Shown: positions 9,392 through 18,692 of the stretch, in pieces
Layout of the letters: every line of letters begins with the position of its first letter
Numbering within the stretch: the first letter of the stretch is position 1
Source: Planctomycetota bacterium
GTDB taxonomy: Bacteria > Planctomycetota > PLA2 > JAEUHO01
Reading direction: 5' to 3'
Length of the DNA: 48,552 bases
Assembly (NCBI GenBank): GCA_050248855.1
Contig: JBFWRP010000032.1
Coordinates: 1 to 48,552 of the forward strand
Position numbers and translations under genes: made by a program
The notes under the pieces: generated by a model
Told to the model about the DNA's origin: nothing
Databases searched by the model: none
Seen by the model: only the letters and a program-made list of their open reading frames with translations

Positions 9392-10756
9392 CTAGCCGCG
9401 CGCCGTCCGTGGGAGCAGGTCGATGGCTCTTCCTCGTACGAGGCTTCCAAAGCCATGACGTTCGCGGATGCGGTCCACGGCCCGGTCCAGGCGGTGGGCC
9501 AGCCCGGGGGCCCTCCCCGGGGTCATCGCCGGGGCCCGGTGGGGGGACGCCGTCCGGGCGGGAACGGCCTCGGCCAGCTGCTCGAAGAAGTCCAGCTGAC
9601 GGTCGCGGGCGGACTCGAGATCGCTCAAGCCCACCCCGACCAGGCGCAGCTTGACGCGGCGGTCCCAGCGTCGGGCCCCCAGCGTGCGCACGAGCTCGAG
9701 CACGTCGTCGTCCTGGTCGGTGGGCTGGCGCAGGCGGCGGCTGGCCTGCACGGTCTCGAAGTCGGCGTAGCGCAGACGCACCGAGACCGTGCGTGCCCTG
9801 AGGCCCTCGTCGCGCAGGGCCCTGAGTGCGCGCTGGGCCAGATGGGAGAGCGTCCCCTCGACCATCTCGCGGTCGTCCGTGTCCACGGCGAAGGTCGTCT
9901 CGCGGGAGATCGAACGGGCGATGGCAGGACGCGGCGTATCGCCTTCGGCGTCGTAGCCGCGGGCGCGAGCGGCCAGGGCCTGGCCATGACGGCCGAACGT
10001 CTCCGCCAGCAGATCGGGCGGCAGGCGCGCGAGATCGCCGATGGTGCGCACGTGGAAGCGAGCCAGGCGTTCGAGGGTGCGCGGCCCGATGCCGGGGAGC
10101 CGCTCCAGGGGCAAGGCGGCGAGGAACGCCCCTTCTTCGCCCCGTCGGACCTCGAGCAGGCCCGCGGGCTTGGCCAGGTCGCAGGCCACCTTGGCCACGG
10201 TGCGCGAGCCGGCGATCCCGATGGAGACGACGAGGCCCGTGGCCTCGCGCACGGCATCGCGTAGCGCCGCGGCCACGAGCAGCCAGGGACGGTCTTCGTG
10301 CAGCCGGCCGCAGCCCGTCATGTCGAGGAAGGCCTCGTCGAGCGAGAGCGGCTCGACGACGGGCGTGAACGTACGCAGCACGTCCAGCACGGCCGCGGAG
10401 GCTTCCGTGTAGCGCTCGAAGTGACCTCCTACGAACGCCGCGTCGCGCGGCAGGCGTCGGACGGCTTCGACCAGCGGCATGCCTGCGCGTACGCCATGGC
10501 GGCGCGCCTCGTAGGAGGCACACGAAACGACGCCGCGGCGTCCGCGTCCGTCCGCAGCGCGCGGGTCGCCGCCCACCACGACGGGGCGGCCGGCGAGCGA
10601 GGGGTCGTGGCGACGCTCGACCGCCACGAAGAAGCAGTCCAGGTCCACGAGCATCCAGTCGCGCGCGGGACGGACGCGCAGCGAGCGAAGCGCCTCGTCG
10701 TCGCGTGCGGGCGAACGGGCGACCAGCAAGGGCGAGGCAAGGGCGTGGGCGGCCAT
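9392..10756 (-). CDS. dinB: DNA polymerase IV (Y-family)
   Basis: VDLDCFFVAVE, SYEARRHGV, SLDEAFLD, AKVACDLAKP, LPGIG, SISRETTF. Confidence 0.93.
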   Translation of the reverse strand: MAAHALASPLLVARSPARDDEALRSLRVRPARDWMLVDLDCFFVAVERRHDPSLAGRPVVVGGDPRAADGRGRRGVVSCASYEARRHGVRAGMPLVEAVRRLPRDAAFVGGHFERYTEASAAVLDVLRTFTPVVEPLSLDEAFLDMTGCGRLHEDRPWLLVAAALRDAVREATGLVVSIGIAGSRTVAKVACDLAKPAGLLEVRRGEEGAFLAALPLERLPGIGPRTLERLARFHVRTIGDLARLPPDLLAETFGRHGQALAARARGYDAEGDTPRPAIARSISRETTFAVDTDDREMVEGTLSHLAQRALRALRDEGLRARTVSVRLRYADFETVQASRRLRQPTDQDDDVLELVRTLGARRWDRRVKLRLVGVGLSDLESARDRQLDFFEQLAEAVPARTASPHRAPAMTPGRAPGLAHRLDRAVDRIRERHGFGSLVRGRAIDLLPRTARG

Positions 10757-10923
10757 GGGGAAGCTCCGACGGGACCTCTCCCGTCTGTCGGCCCATCATG
10801 CTAACTACGACCTACGACAGGCCCTCCGAGCCCGGAACATCGGGAGCAGGTTGCCGATCGGGCCAAGTGCGGGGACGATTCGGGGAGCGAGGCCGCCCGC
10901 GGGTGCGGACTCCGGAGGCATCG

Positions 10924-12531
10924 ATGCGCACCCCTTCCATGCCGCGCGTGGCGCTGGCGGCCCTGGCCCTGGCCCTCGTCCTGGGGGGCTGCGGCAGCGG
11001 CAGCAAGCTGTTCCAGACGGGCGGGTTCCGGGCCTCCTCGCCGACCTTCGTCTTGCCCTTCACCCCGAGCCTCTCCGGGGAGAGCGCGTGGCTGGTCCTG
11101 GCCAACTACACCGACCGCGACGCCGACGTGTTTGCCACCGCCTACAAGCCCAACGCCGGGGTCGCGCCCATGGGCGAACCGTTCGCGCCGGGCACCACGT
11201 TCACCGTGCCGGCGCGGGGCAGCCTGCGCACGCCACTCGGCCTGCTCATGGGGCCGTCCAGCGGACCGGGCTTCCTCCACGTCGACACGCGCGACGTGAC
11301 GACGCTCGACCCGGTCACGGGCGAGCCCACGCCCGTGGACACGACGGGTTTCGTGATCCCCTCGATCGAGCGCGAACTGATCGGCGTGTTCCAGCGCGGC
11401 GATGCCTGCCAAGGCTTGATCCCGCAGGAAGCGGGCGTCAGCGTGGGCGTCCACGGGCTCACGAGCGAAGTCCAGATCATCAATACGTCGTACTCGCCCA
11501 TGGTCGGCGGCGTGGTCCACGAGCCCTTGCACGTCACGGTCCGGCAGCTCGAGGCGGACGGCAGCGAGCTGCTTTCGACCGTCGAGGTGCTGCCGCCGCT
11601 TGGCAGCCTGCAGTTCGCGCCCGCCATCACGCTGGGCCAAGTGATCGTGACGCCCTTGGCCCCCGTGCCTGCCGGCGTGATGCCGCGCCTGTCCATCGCC
11701 GCTCGCGAAGAAGGCGGGGTGGTCCACGTGGCGCCGCGCTTCCAGGACACCGACGAGGTGCTCGACGAGGTCCACGACATCGGCTGGTTCGCCGACTGGG
11801 GCATGGACGTGTACGGCAACGTGCACGACTTCTCGTTCCTGCTCTCCAACCCCACCGACGACACGCTCACGGCCACGTTGCGCGCGGTGCAGCGCGAAGG
11901 TTCCACGGCGATCCTGTCCACGCCGCGCGTGCTGGCCATCGCGCCGCACCGCACCGTCCTGCTCGGCACGACGAACGTCGCGTCCGACGGCCTCGAGCTG
12001 GGCGAGAGCACGCCGTTTGGCGACTTGTTCGGCGACGCGCTCGCCGCCCAGGGGACGGAGAGCGTGGCGCTGTGGCTCGCGGTGCCCCGCTACCTCGAGG
12101 TCTCGGCCCGCACCTTCGACCCGGCGTTTGGCAGCTACTACACGGTCGAGCGCGGTGGGCGCCGCACGACCAACGCCTTCGCCAGCAGCCAGCCCGTCGA
12201 ACCGGTGCTCGGCACCGGTCGCTTCCACGACCTGCTGCTGGCCAACCCCACCAACCAGGACATCACGGTGCCCCTGCGGGTCCACACGCCCGGGGGTACC
12301 GAGTACATCCTTTCCAACATCGTGCTGCCGCCCTTCCAGCGCACGACGTTCACGCTGGACGGAAGCATCTTCCGCGAGGACCCGAACAGCCTCGTGGAGC
12401 CGCCGCTCACGCGCGTCAAGGTGAAGTTCTCGCCGCTTTCGGGTGCCTTCATCGCGGCCCGCACGCGGCGCACCGACGCCAACGGGCTGCTCGTGCTGGT
12501 GACGCCGCGGATCGTCGACGCCGCGGACTGA
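10924..12531 (+). CDS. Large hypothetical lipoprotein with repeated beta-sandwich-like modules
   Basis: GGAGG RBS at 10914-10918; lipobox LGGC; recurring L.NP/NT motifs; typical GC3-rich codon usage. Confidence 0.75.
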   Translation: MRTPSMPRVALAALALALVLGGCGSGSKLFQTGGFRASSPTFVLPFTPSLSGESAWLVLANYTDRDADVFATAYKPNAGVAPMGEPFAPGTTFTVPARGSLRTPLGLLMGPSSGPGFLHVDTRDVTTLDPVTGEPTPVDTTGFVIPSIERELIGVFQRGDACQGLIPQEAGVSVGVHGLTSEVQIINTSYSPMVGGVVHEPLHVTVRQLEADGSELLSTVEVLPPLGSLQFAPAITLGQVIVTPLAPVPAGVMPRLSIAAREEGGVVHVAPRFQDTDEVLDEVHDIGWFADWGMDVYGNVHDFSFLLSNPTDDTLTATLRAVQREGSTAILSTPRVLAIAPHRTVLLGTTNVASDGLELGESTPFGDLFGDALAAQGTESVALWLAVPRYLEVSARTFDPAFGSYYTVERGGRRTTNAFASSQPVEPVLGTGRFHDLLLANPTNQDITVPLRVHTPGGTEYILSNIVLPPFQRTTFTLDGSIFREDPNSLVEPPLTRVKVKFSPLSGAFIAARTRRTDANGLLVLVTPRIVDAAD

Positions 12532-12698
12532 TCCGGGCTGCTTCGAGCCCTCCCGGGGGGCATCGCCGGGGCCGCGCTCGCCGCGGCCCGGCCGTGGCGG
12601 TACCACACCCGCACGGGTGGGAGGGAACCGGGCCCCCGGGTCGACCGTCCACCCTGCTTCGCGCCGGCATGCGGGCCGCCGCCACCAGGGACACTCCG

Positions 12699-13691
12699 AT
12701 GCGCATCCTCAGCGGACTCAAACCGACAGGTCGCCCTCATCTGGGCAACTACTTCGGTGCACTCCGCCAGTGGGTGGAGCTGCAGGACAAGGGCGAGCCC
12801 TTCTACTTCCTGGCCGACTTGCACGCGCTCAACCAGGTGCGTGACGCGGCGACGATGCGCGAGTACACGATCGGCGCGGCCTTGGACTACTTTGCGTTGG
12901 GGCTCGATCCCGAGCGCGCCACGATCTTCGTGCAGTCCGAGGTGCCCGAGATCTCCGAGCTCACGTGGATCCTCGGCACCGTGACGCCCATGGGCCTGTT
13001 GCAGCGGGCCCACGCCTACAAGGACGCGCTGGCCAAGGGCGAGGAGGTCGACTACGGCCTGTTTGCCTACCCCGTGCTGATGGCGGCGGACATCCTGGCG
13101 TACGACTCGGACATCGTGCCGGTCGGCCAGGACCAGAAGCAGCACGTCGAGATCACGCGCGACATCGCGGTCAAGCTCAACCAGACGTACTGTTCCACGT
13201 TCGACCCCCAGACGGGCATGGGCGGCGCGCTCAAGCTGCCGGAGCCGATGATCGTGCCGGAGACGGCCACGGTCCCCGGCACCGACGGCCGCAAGATGAG
13301 CAAGTCGTACGGCAACACGATTCCCCTCTTCGGCACCGACAAGGAGACGAAGAAGGCGATCATGGGCATCGTCACGGACAGCGCCTCGGTCGAGGCGCCG
13401 AAGGACCCTGCGTCCTGCAACGTGTTCGCGCTGCTGAAGCTGTTGGCCCCGGCCGACGAGCTTCCCGCGATCGAAGCGAAGTACCGCGCGGGCGGTACCG
13501 GCTACGGCGCGTTCAAGACGTTGTTGCTCGAGCGGTTCCACGACCGCTTCGACGCGGCGCGGGCGCGACGCCAAGAGCTGGCAGCCGACCCCGACGAGGT
13601 GCGTCAGGCATTGAGGAGCGGCGCCGAGAAGGCGCGCGCCGTGGCCGGTGAGGTGCTGTCCCGCGTGCAACGCGCCGTCGGCATCCGCTAG
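12699..13691 (+). CDS. trpS: Tryptophan--tRNA ligase
   Basis: MRILSGLKPTGRPHLGNY (HIGH-like), YPVLMAADIL, VPVGQDQKQH, KMSKS. Confidence 0.97.
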   Translation: MRILSGLKPTGRPHLGNYFGALRQWVELQDKGEPFYFLADLHALNQVRDAATMREYTIGAALDYFALGLDPERATIFVQSEVPEISELTWILGTVTPMGLLQRAHAYKDALAKGEEVDYGLFAYPVLMAADILAYDSDIVPVGQDQKQHVEITRDIAVKLNQTYCSTFDPQTGMGGALKLPEPMIVPETATVPGTDGRKMSKSYGNTIPLFGTDKETKKAIMGIVTDSASVEAPKDPASCNVFALLKLLAPADELPAIEAKYRAGGTGYGAFKTLLLERFHDRFDAARARRQELAADPDEVRQALRSGAEKARAVAGEVLSRVQRAVGIR

Positions 13692-13700
13692 GAGGATTCC

Positions 13701-15770
13701 GTGAGCCGTCGCCTCCTCGTCACCGCAGCCCTGCCCTACGCCAACGGCCCCATCCACATCGGCCACCTGGTGGAGCACGTCCAGACCGACATCTGGGTGC
13801 GCTTCCAGCGGCTGCGTGGCCACCGCTGCATCTTCATCTGCGCCGATGACACGCACGGCACGGCCACCATGATCCGTGCACGTCAGGAAGGTCGCAGCGA
13901 AGAAGCCGTCATCGCCGACATGAACGAGCAGCACCGGCGGGACTTTGCCGGCTTCGACATCTCGTTCGACCAGTACGGCACCACGCACTGCCCCGAGAAC
14001 GAGGCCCTCTGCCACGTGATCTGGGCGCAGCTGCGCGAGGCCGACCTCGTGGTCGAGCGCGAGGTCACGCAGCTCTACGACCCGGTCGCGGGCACGTTCC
14101 TGGCCGACCGGTTCGTGCGCGGCACGTGCCCCAAGTGCGGCGCCGAAGACGAGTACGGCGACTCGTGCAGCACGTGCGGCTCGACCTACGCGCCGACCGA
14201 TCTCAAGAACCCCCGCAGCACGCTGAGCGGCGCCACCCCCGAGGTGCGCTCCTCGCCGCACCAGTTCGTGCGCATCGAACCGCTGCGACCGTTCCTCGTG
14301 GACTGGACGCAAGGGGGCGGCCACCTGGGCACGGAGACGGCCAACTACCTGAAGGGCCACTTCCTCGGTGAGGCGCTTCGCGACTGGGACGTGTCCAGGC
14401 CCGCGCCGTACTTCGGGTTCGAGATCCCGGACGTGCCGGGGCACTACTGGTACGTCTGGTTCGACGCGCCCACGGGCTACATCGCCAACACCAAGATCTG
14501 GTGCCATCGCCACGGCGAGGACCTCGACGACTGGTGGCGTTCGGACGACACCGAGATCCACCACTTCATCGGCAAGGACATCGTCTACTTCCACTGCCTG
14601 TTCTGGCCGGCCATGCTGAAGACGGCCGGCTTCGCGCTGCCGAGGAAGGTCCACGTCCACGGCATGCTCACGGTGGACGGCGCCAAGATGAGCAAGAGCA
14701 AGGGCACGTCGCTCTCGGCGCGCACGTGGCTCGAGCATGTCGACGCCGACTTCCTGCGCTACTTCTACGCCAGCAAGCTCGGCACGGGGCCCGACGACTT
14801 CGACCTGGGCCTCGACGAGTTCGTCGCCAAGGTCAACAGCGACCTGATCGGCAAGATCGTCAACCTGCCCAGCCGCACGGCCAAGTTCGTCGGTGCGACG
14901 GGGCTGTCGGCCACCTACCCGGACGACGGCGGATTGTTCCAGGCCGCCGCCGCCGCGGGCGACGACATCGCCGACGCGTACGAGGAGGGCGACTACCAGC
15001 GGGCGCTCAAGCGCATCCTGGCTCTCGCCGACCGCGCCAACGAGTACGTCGAGAAGAACGCCCCGTGGACGCTCGCCAAGGCGGCCAAGTCGGACCCCAC
15101 GCAGGCCAAGGCCGTGCAGGACGTCTGCACGGTGGCGCTCAACCTGTTCCGCCAGGTGGCCACGTACCTGGCCCCGGTGCTGCCGTCGCTGGCCAGCCGC
15201 ACGAGCGAGCTGCTCGGCACGCCCATCTCGCGCTGGGTGGATGCCGCAACGCCCCTGGTCGGGACGCCGGTCGCTCGCTACGAGCACTGGATGAAGCGCG
15301 TCGAGAGGAGCCAGCTGGACACCATGATCGACGCCTCGCGCCAAGCCCACGAGCAGGCGGCGGCCACGAGCTCCGCCGCCCCGTCAGCTGCCGGATCCGC
15401 CGCGGACGACGGTGCGGCGCTCGCCGCGGAGCCCGTCGAGCCCACCTGCACGATCGACGACGTCATGAAGGTGGACCTACGCGTGGCGCGGGTGCTCGCG
15501 GCCGCCCCCGTCGAGGGCGCCGACAAGCTGCTCCAGCTGACGCTGTCGCTCGGCGGCGAGGAGCGGCGCCAGGTCTTCGCCGGCATCAAGTCGGCCTACA
15601 AGGCCGAGGACCTCGTGGGGCGCCTGGTGGTCTGCGTGGCCAACCTGCAGCCCCGCAAGATGCGCTTCGGCACCAGCGAGGGGATGGTCGTAGCCGCCGG
15701 TCCCGGCGGGAAGGACATCTACCTCCTGTCCCCGGACAGCGGGGCGGTGCCCGGACAGCGGGTTCGCTAG
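13701..15770 (+). CDS. metG: Methionine--tRNA ligase with C-terminal tRNA-binding domain
   Basis: [21 protein letters not shown] zinc knuckle, [22 protein letters not shown]...SEGMV. Confidence 0.97.
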   Translation: MSRRLLVTAALPYANGPIHIGHLVEHVQTDIWVRFQRLRGHRCIFICADDTHGTATMIRARQEGRSEEAVIADMNEQHRRDFAGFDISFDQYGTTHCPENEALCHVIWAQLREADLVVEREVTQLYDPVAGTFLADRFVRGTCPKCGAEDEYGDSCSTCGSTYAPTDLKNPRSTLSGATPEVRSSPHQFVRIEPLRPFLVDWTQGGGHLGTETANYLKGHFLGEALRDWDVSRPAPYFGFEIPDVPGHYWYVWFDAPTGYIANTKIWCHRHGEDLDDWWRSDDTEIHHFIGKDIVYFHCLFWPAMLKTAGFALPRKVHVHGMLTVDGAKMSKSKGTSLSARTWLEHVDADFLRYFYASKLGTGPDDFDLGLDEFVAKVNSDLIGKIVNLPSRTAKFVGATGLSATYPDDGGLFQAAAAAGDDIADAYEEGDYQRALKRILALADRANEYVEKNAPWTLAKAAKSDPTQAKAVQDVCTVALNLFRQVATYLAPVLPSLASRTSELLGTPISRWVDAATPLVGTPVARYEHWMKRVERSQLDTMIDASRQAHEQAAATSSAAPSAAGSAADDGAALAAEPVEPTCTIDDVMKVDLRVARVLAAAPVEGADKLLQLTLSLGGEERRQVFAGIKSAYKAEDLVGRLVVCVANLQPRKMRFGTSEGMVVAAGPGGKDIYLLSPDSGAVPGQRVR

Positions 15771-15794
15771 CCCTGATGCCAGGGCTCCGTGGAC

Positions 15795-15818
15795 AAAGTG
15801 GCTACCTGTAGCTACTTT
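15795..15818. promoter_or_regulatory. Palindromic operator upstream of vapBC
   Basis: AAAGTGGCTAC-CT-GTAGCTACTTT (11-bp arms, 1 mismatch) just before the antitoxin ATG, typical of TA autorepression sites. Confidence 0.65.
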
Positions 15819-15824
15819 AGGTCC

Positions 15825-16115
15825 ATGCGCGCCGTCGGCATCAAGACTCTCAAGAACCGCCTGAGCGAGTACCTCCGCCTGGTGGCCGCCGGCGAGACCG
15901 TGCTCGTCACGGATCACGACCGGGTCGTGGCAGAGCTGGGACCGCCGCAGGCGGGCAGGGCCGAGTACGTCTCCGACGCCCTCCTGGCCGATGTCGTGAA
16001 GCGCGGCTGGCTGACGGGACGGCTCTACGCCAAGGGGTCCGTCCCGCCCACCCTGCCCGTCGGCAGCTTGCAGGACGTCGTGGAGGGCCTCTCGCAAGAT
16101 CGGTCCGAGCGTTGA
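15825..16115 (+). CDS. vapB: Phd/YefM-family antitoxin
   Basis: MRAVGIKTLKNRLSEYLRLVAAGETVLVTDHDRVVAEL; overlaps the PIN toxin gene. Confidence 0.88.
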   Translation: MRAVGIKTLKNRLSEYLRLVAAGETVLVTDHDRVVAELGPPQAGRAEYVSDALLADVVKRGWLTGRLYAKGSVPPTLPVGSLQDVVEGLSQDRSER

Positions 16116-16498
16116 TCTACGTCGAAACGTCGGTCGTGCTCGCGCATCTCCTGGCCGAGGATCGACACCCGCCGGCCGCGTTCTGGGCCGACGACCTCGT
16201 GGCGAGCCGCCTCCTTGCGTACGAGGCGTGGAACCGCCTCCACGCCCTGGGGCTGGCGGACTCCCATGGGACCGCGCTCACGGCCATCCTCGGCCACCTG
16301 TCGATGCTGGAGCTCGTGCCCGAGGTCCTGACGCGCGCGCTGCAGCCGTTCCCCGTCCCCGTCCGCACGCTGGACGCCCTGCATTTGGCATCCGCGAGCT
16401 TCCTCGAGTCGCGAGGTCAGTCCGTCTTCCTCGCGTCCTACGACGTGCGCCTGATCGAGGCGGCGCGTGCAATCAAGCTTCGCGCTGGCGAGCCGTAG
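16112..16498 (+). CDS. vapC: PIN-domain toxin
   Basis: IYVETSVV, RTLDALHLASA, LASYD PIN motifs. Confidence 0.9.
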   Translation: MIYVETSVVLAHLLAEDRHPPAAFWADDLVASRLLAYEAWNRLHALGLADSHGTALTAILGHLSMLELVPEVLTRALQPFPVPVRTLDALHLASASFLESRGQSVFLASYDVRLIEAARAIKLRAGEP

Positions 16499-16533
16499 CG
16501 ACGAGCGGCACTTCCACGCGTAGCCTGTGGCGC

Positions 16534-18195
16534 ATGTCCCTGGACCGCTACGTCTTGGACCACGTGCTCTTCGAGGCCGCGCCCAGCACGTTCTACGCCG
16601 CGAAGAACGCGATCCTCGGCAACGAGGTGACGGTCCGTCGCCTGACGCTGGACCCGGAGCGCGCCGAGGACGCCAAGGACACCTTCTTCCGCGAGCAGCG
16701 GCTCGCCGCCTCCTTGGCCCACCCGCGCATCCAGCGGCCCGTGGACATCTTCCAGGCCGACGGCGCCGTGTGGTCGGTCCATGAGCGGGGCGAAGTCCAG
16801 CGCACCGACGACCGCGTCGAGCGCGAGGGCCCGCTCAGCCTGACCGAGGCGATGCGCCTGGGCTCGCAGATGGCCGAGGCGCTCTCGCACATGCATGCGG
16901 CGGGCCTCGTGTTCGGCCGCATGTCGCCCGCGAGCGTGCTCGTGTCCACGCGCGGCGATGCCGAGCTGATCAACCTCGTGAAGGCCGCGGACATGAAGGC
17001 GGGCATCTGGCCGCTGAGGCCGCCGGTCCAGGCGCTCTCGGCCTTCTCGGCGCCCGAGGAGCTCGACGGCGAGCGCCCCACGGTGGCCTCCGACGTGTAC
17101 GGGCTGGCGGCCACGCTCGTGTACTGGCTGACGGGGCTTCCTCCGTACGGCGACGGCACGGCGGAGACGGCCCTGGAGGCGATCCGGCGCGGCGATCCCC
17201 CCGTGGACCTGCGTGCGCTGCGCAGCGACCTGCCCGACGCCCTCGTCCACCGCGTGATGCGTGCGCTGCGCGAGGACCCGGCCGAGCGACCGGCCACGGT
17301 GGCGGCCTTGGGCGCCATCTTGAGCGAGGTCTACCAGCGCTCGATGGCCGAGGTCCCGACGGGCTTCCAGGAAGGCGCGAGCGTCGAGCCGTCGGGCGAG
17401 CTGGGTCGCGTGTGGGTACGCGGGCGCATCGGCAGCGGTGCCTACGGCGTGGTGCTGCGCGTCCGTCCGCAAGGCGGCACGCAGGACTTCGCGCTCAAGG
17501 CGCTGAAGCCCGAGCACCGCGACGACGCGCAAGCCCGCGAACGGTTCCTGCGCGAAGCCCGCGCGCTGCAGCCCATCTGCCACCCCAACGTCGTGCGCAT
17601 CCGCGGCGTGGGCGAGCTCGACGGCACGCCGTACGTGATCATGGACCTGATCCAGGGCCCGACGTTGGCCACCATGATCCTGCGATCGGGCAGTCTGCCA
17701 CCCCGCCGCGCCGCCTCGATCGCTGCCGGCATCGCCCGCGGCCTGGACGCGATCCACACGGCGGGGATGGTCCACCGCGACCTCAAGCCCCACAACGTCC
17801 TGGTGGCCGGGGGCGACGTCCCCGTGATCGCCGACTTCGGCATGGCCTCGCTCGCCCAGGTCAACCGCCTCACCATGACGGGCCAAGCCGTGGGTACGCC
17901 CGCCTACATGGCGCCCGAGCAGCTGGATCTCGGCGACTCGTCACCCTCGATCGACCTCTGGGCGCTCGGCGTGATGCTCTACGAGATGGTGACGGGCAAG
18001 GTGCCCTTCGAGGCCGAGGGCACGCTCGAAGTGATGCGCGCCATCCGCCACGCCGTGCCCCCCGACGTCGGGCCCGAGGTGCCCACACGCTTGCGCGAAG
18101 TCATCGAGGTCCTCCTCCAGAAGGACCCCGGCCATCGCTTCCCCGACGCCGGCTCCACCGCCGACGTCCTCGAAGGCATCGCCGCGCGGGGGTAG
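16534..18195 (+). CDS. Ser/Thr protein kinase with tandem domains (N-terminal pseudokinase, C-terminal intact kinase)
   Basis: C-domain has GSGAYG, ALK, HRDLKPHN, DFG, GTPAYMAPE. N-domain retains APE and SDVYGL but has FGRMSPAS and INL at the HRD and DFG positions. Confidence 0.88.
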   Translation: MSLDRYVLDHVLFEAAPSTFYAAKNAILGNEVTVRRLTLDPERAEDAKDTFFREQRLAASLAHPRIQRPVDIFQADGAVWSVHERGEVQRTDDRVEREGPLSLTEAMRLGSQMAEALSHMHAAGLVFGRMSPASVLVSTRGDAELINLVKAADMKAGIWPLRPPVQALSAFSAPEELDGERPTVASDVYGLAATLVYWLTGLPPYGDGTAETALEAIRRGDPPVDLRALRSDLPDALVHRVMRALREDPAERPATVAALGAILSEVYQRSMAEVPTGFQEGASVEPSGELGRVWVRGRIGSGAYGVVLRVRPQGGTQDFALKALKPEHRDDAQARERFLREARALQPICHPNVVRIRGVGELDGTPYVIMDLIQGPTLATMILRSGSLPPRRAASIAAGIARGLDAIHTAGMVHRDLKPHNVLVAGGDVPVIADFGMASLAQVNRLTMTGQAVGTPAYMAPEQLDLGDSSPSIDLWALGVMLYEMVTGKVPFEAEGTLEVMRAIRHAVPPDVGPEVPTRLREVIEVLLQKDPGHRFPDAGSTADVLEGIAARG

Positions 18196-18371
18196 CAAGT
18201 CCGCTTCCCTACCGTCACGAGGTACGCCTCACGACCACGCCGCGTTCGCCGACAGTGCATACTGGCAGGCCGCGGGCGACGCCCAACGAGGCAAGCAGAC
18301 GAGTCGCCTCAAGGGCGCCGCCGCCAGACGGCGCAAGCCGCGTGCTGCTCGCCACCAGCGACACTAGACCC

Positions 18372-18421
18372 TCGGCTTCCCAAGCTGAATGTCGTCGGTT
18401 CGAGTCCGATCGGGCGCTCCA
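18372..18421 (+). pseudogene. 3' half of tRNA-Gly(CCC) (att-like remnant)
   Basis: TCGGC-TTCCCAA-GCTGA anticodon arm, GTCGG-TTCGAGT-CCGAT T-arm, CGGGCGC-T-CCA; no matching 5' acceptor strand or D-arm. Confidence 0.8.
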
Positions 18422-18692
18422 CTCCGCTTCCCGCCAAACGGCGGAACTCTGGCCTCTGCGGGCCACACGTGGCTGCGATCGGCGAGCTGCGCACACGGCC
18501 GATCTGGCCACGTTGTGCAAGGTGATGCAGCAAGAGGACGATGTGACGTCCCAACCCACGACTCAAGGCGCTCAGCTCTTGGTGGCACACCGGGGTCAAG
18601 GGGTGTGCCAGTCGGTAGGATCGACGGCCCCCCGGCGGCTGCACAGGTCGTAGCTCTTGAGGGCCAGTACCGCTCCACTCGCCGCACGGCAT

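Noticed and set aside
10757..10923. SOS box upstream of dinB
   Set aside because: No convincing known LexA-type palindrome by eye; the host motif is unknown.
10755..12698. Long N-terminal extension fused to TrpS (978-aa ORF)
   Set aside because: Arg/Gly/Pro-rich off-frame read through the lipoprotein gene; TrpS homology begins at ATG 12699.
12532..12698. T-box riboswitch upstream of trpS-metG
   Set aside because: No GGTGGNACCGCG T-box motif or U-rich terminator seen.
12138..15350. 1070-aa minus-strand ORF, and similar long ORFs such as 27959-30889, 42012-43976 and 254-1501
   Set aside because: Antisense shadows of well-supported genes, expected in high-GC DNA; no recognisable motifs.
18358..18421. 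Functional tRNA-Gly gene
   Set aside because: The upstream GCGACAC pairs poorly with the 3' acceptor strand CGGGCGC and there is no D-arm; treated as a remnant.
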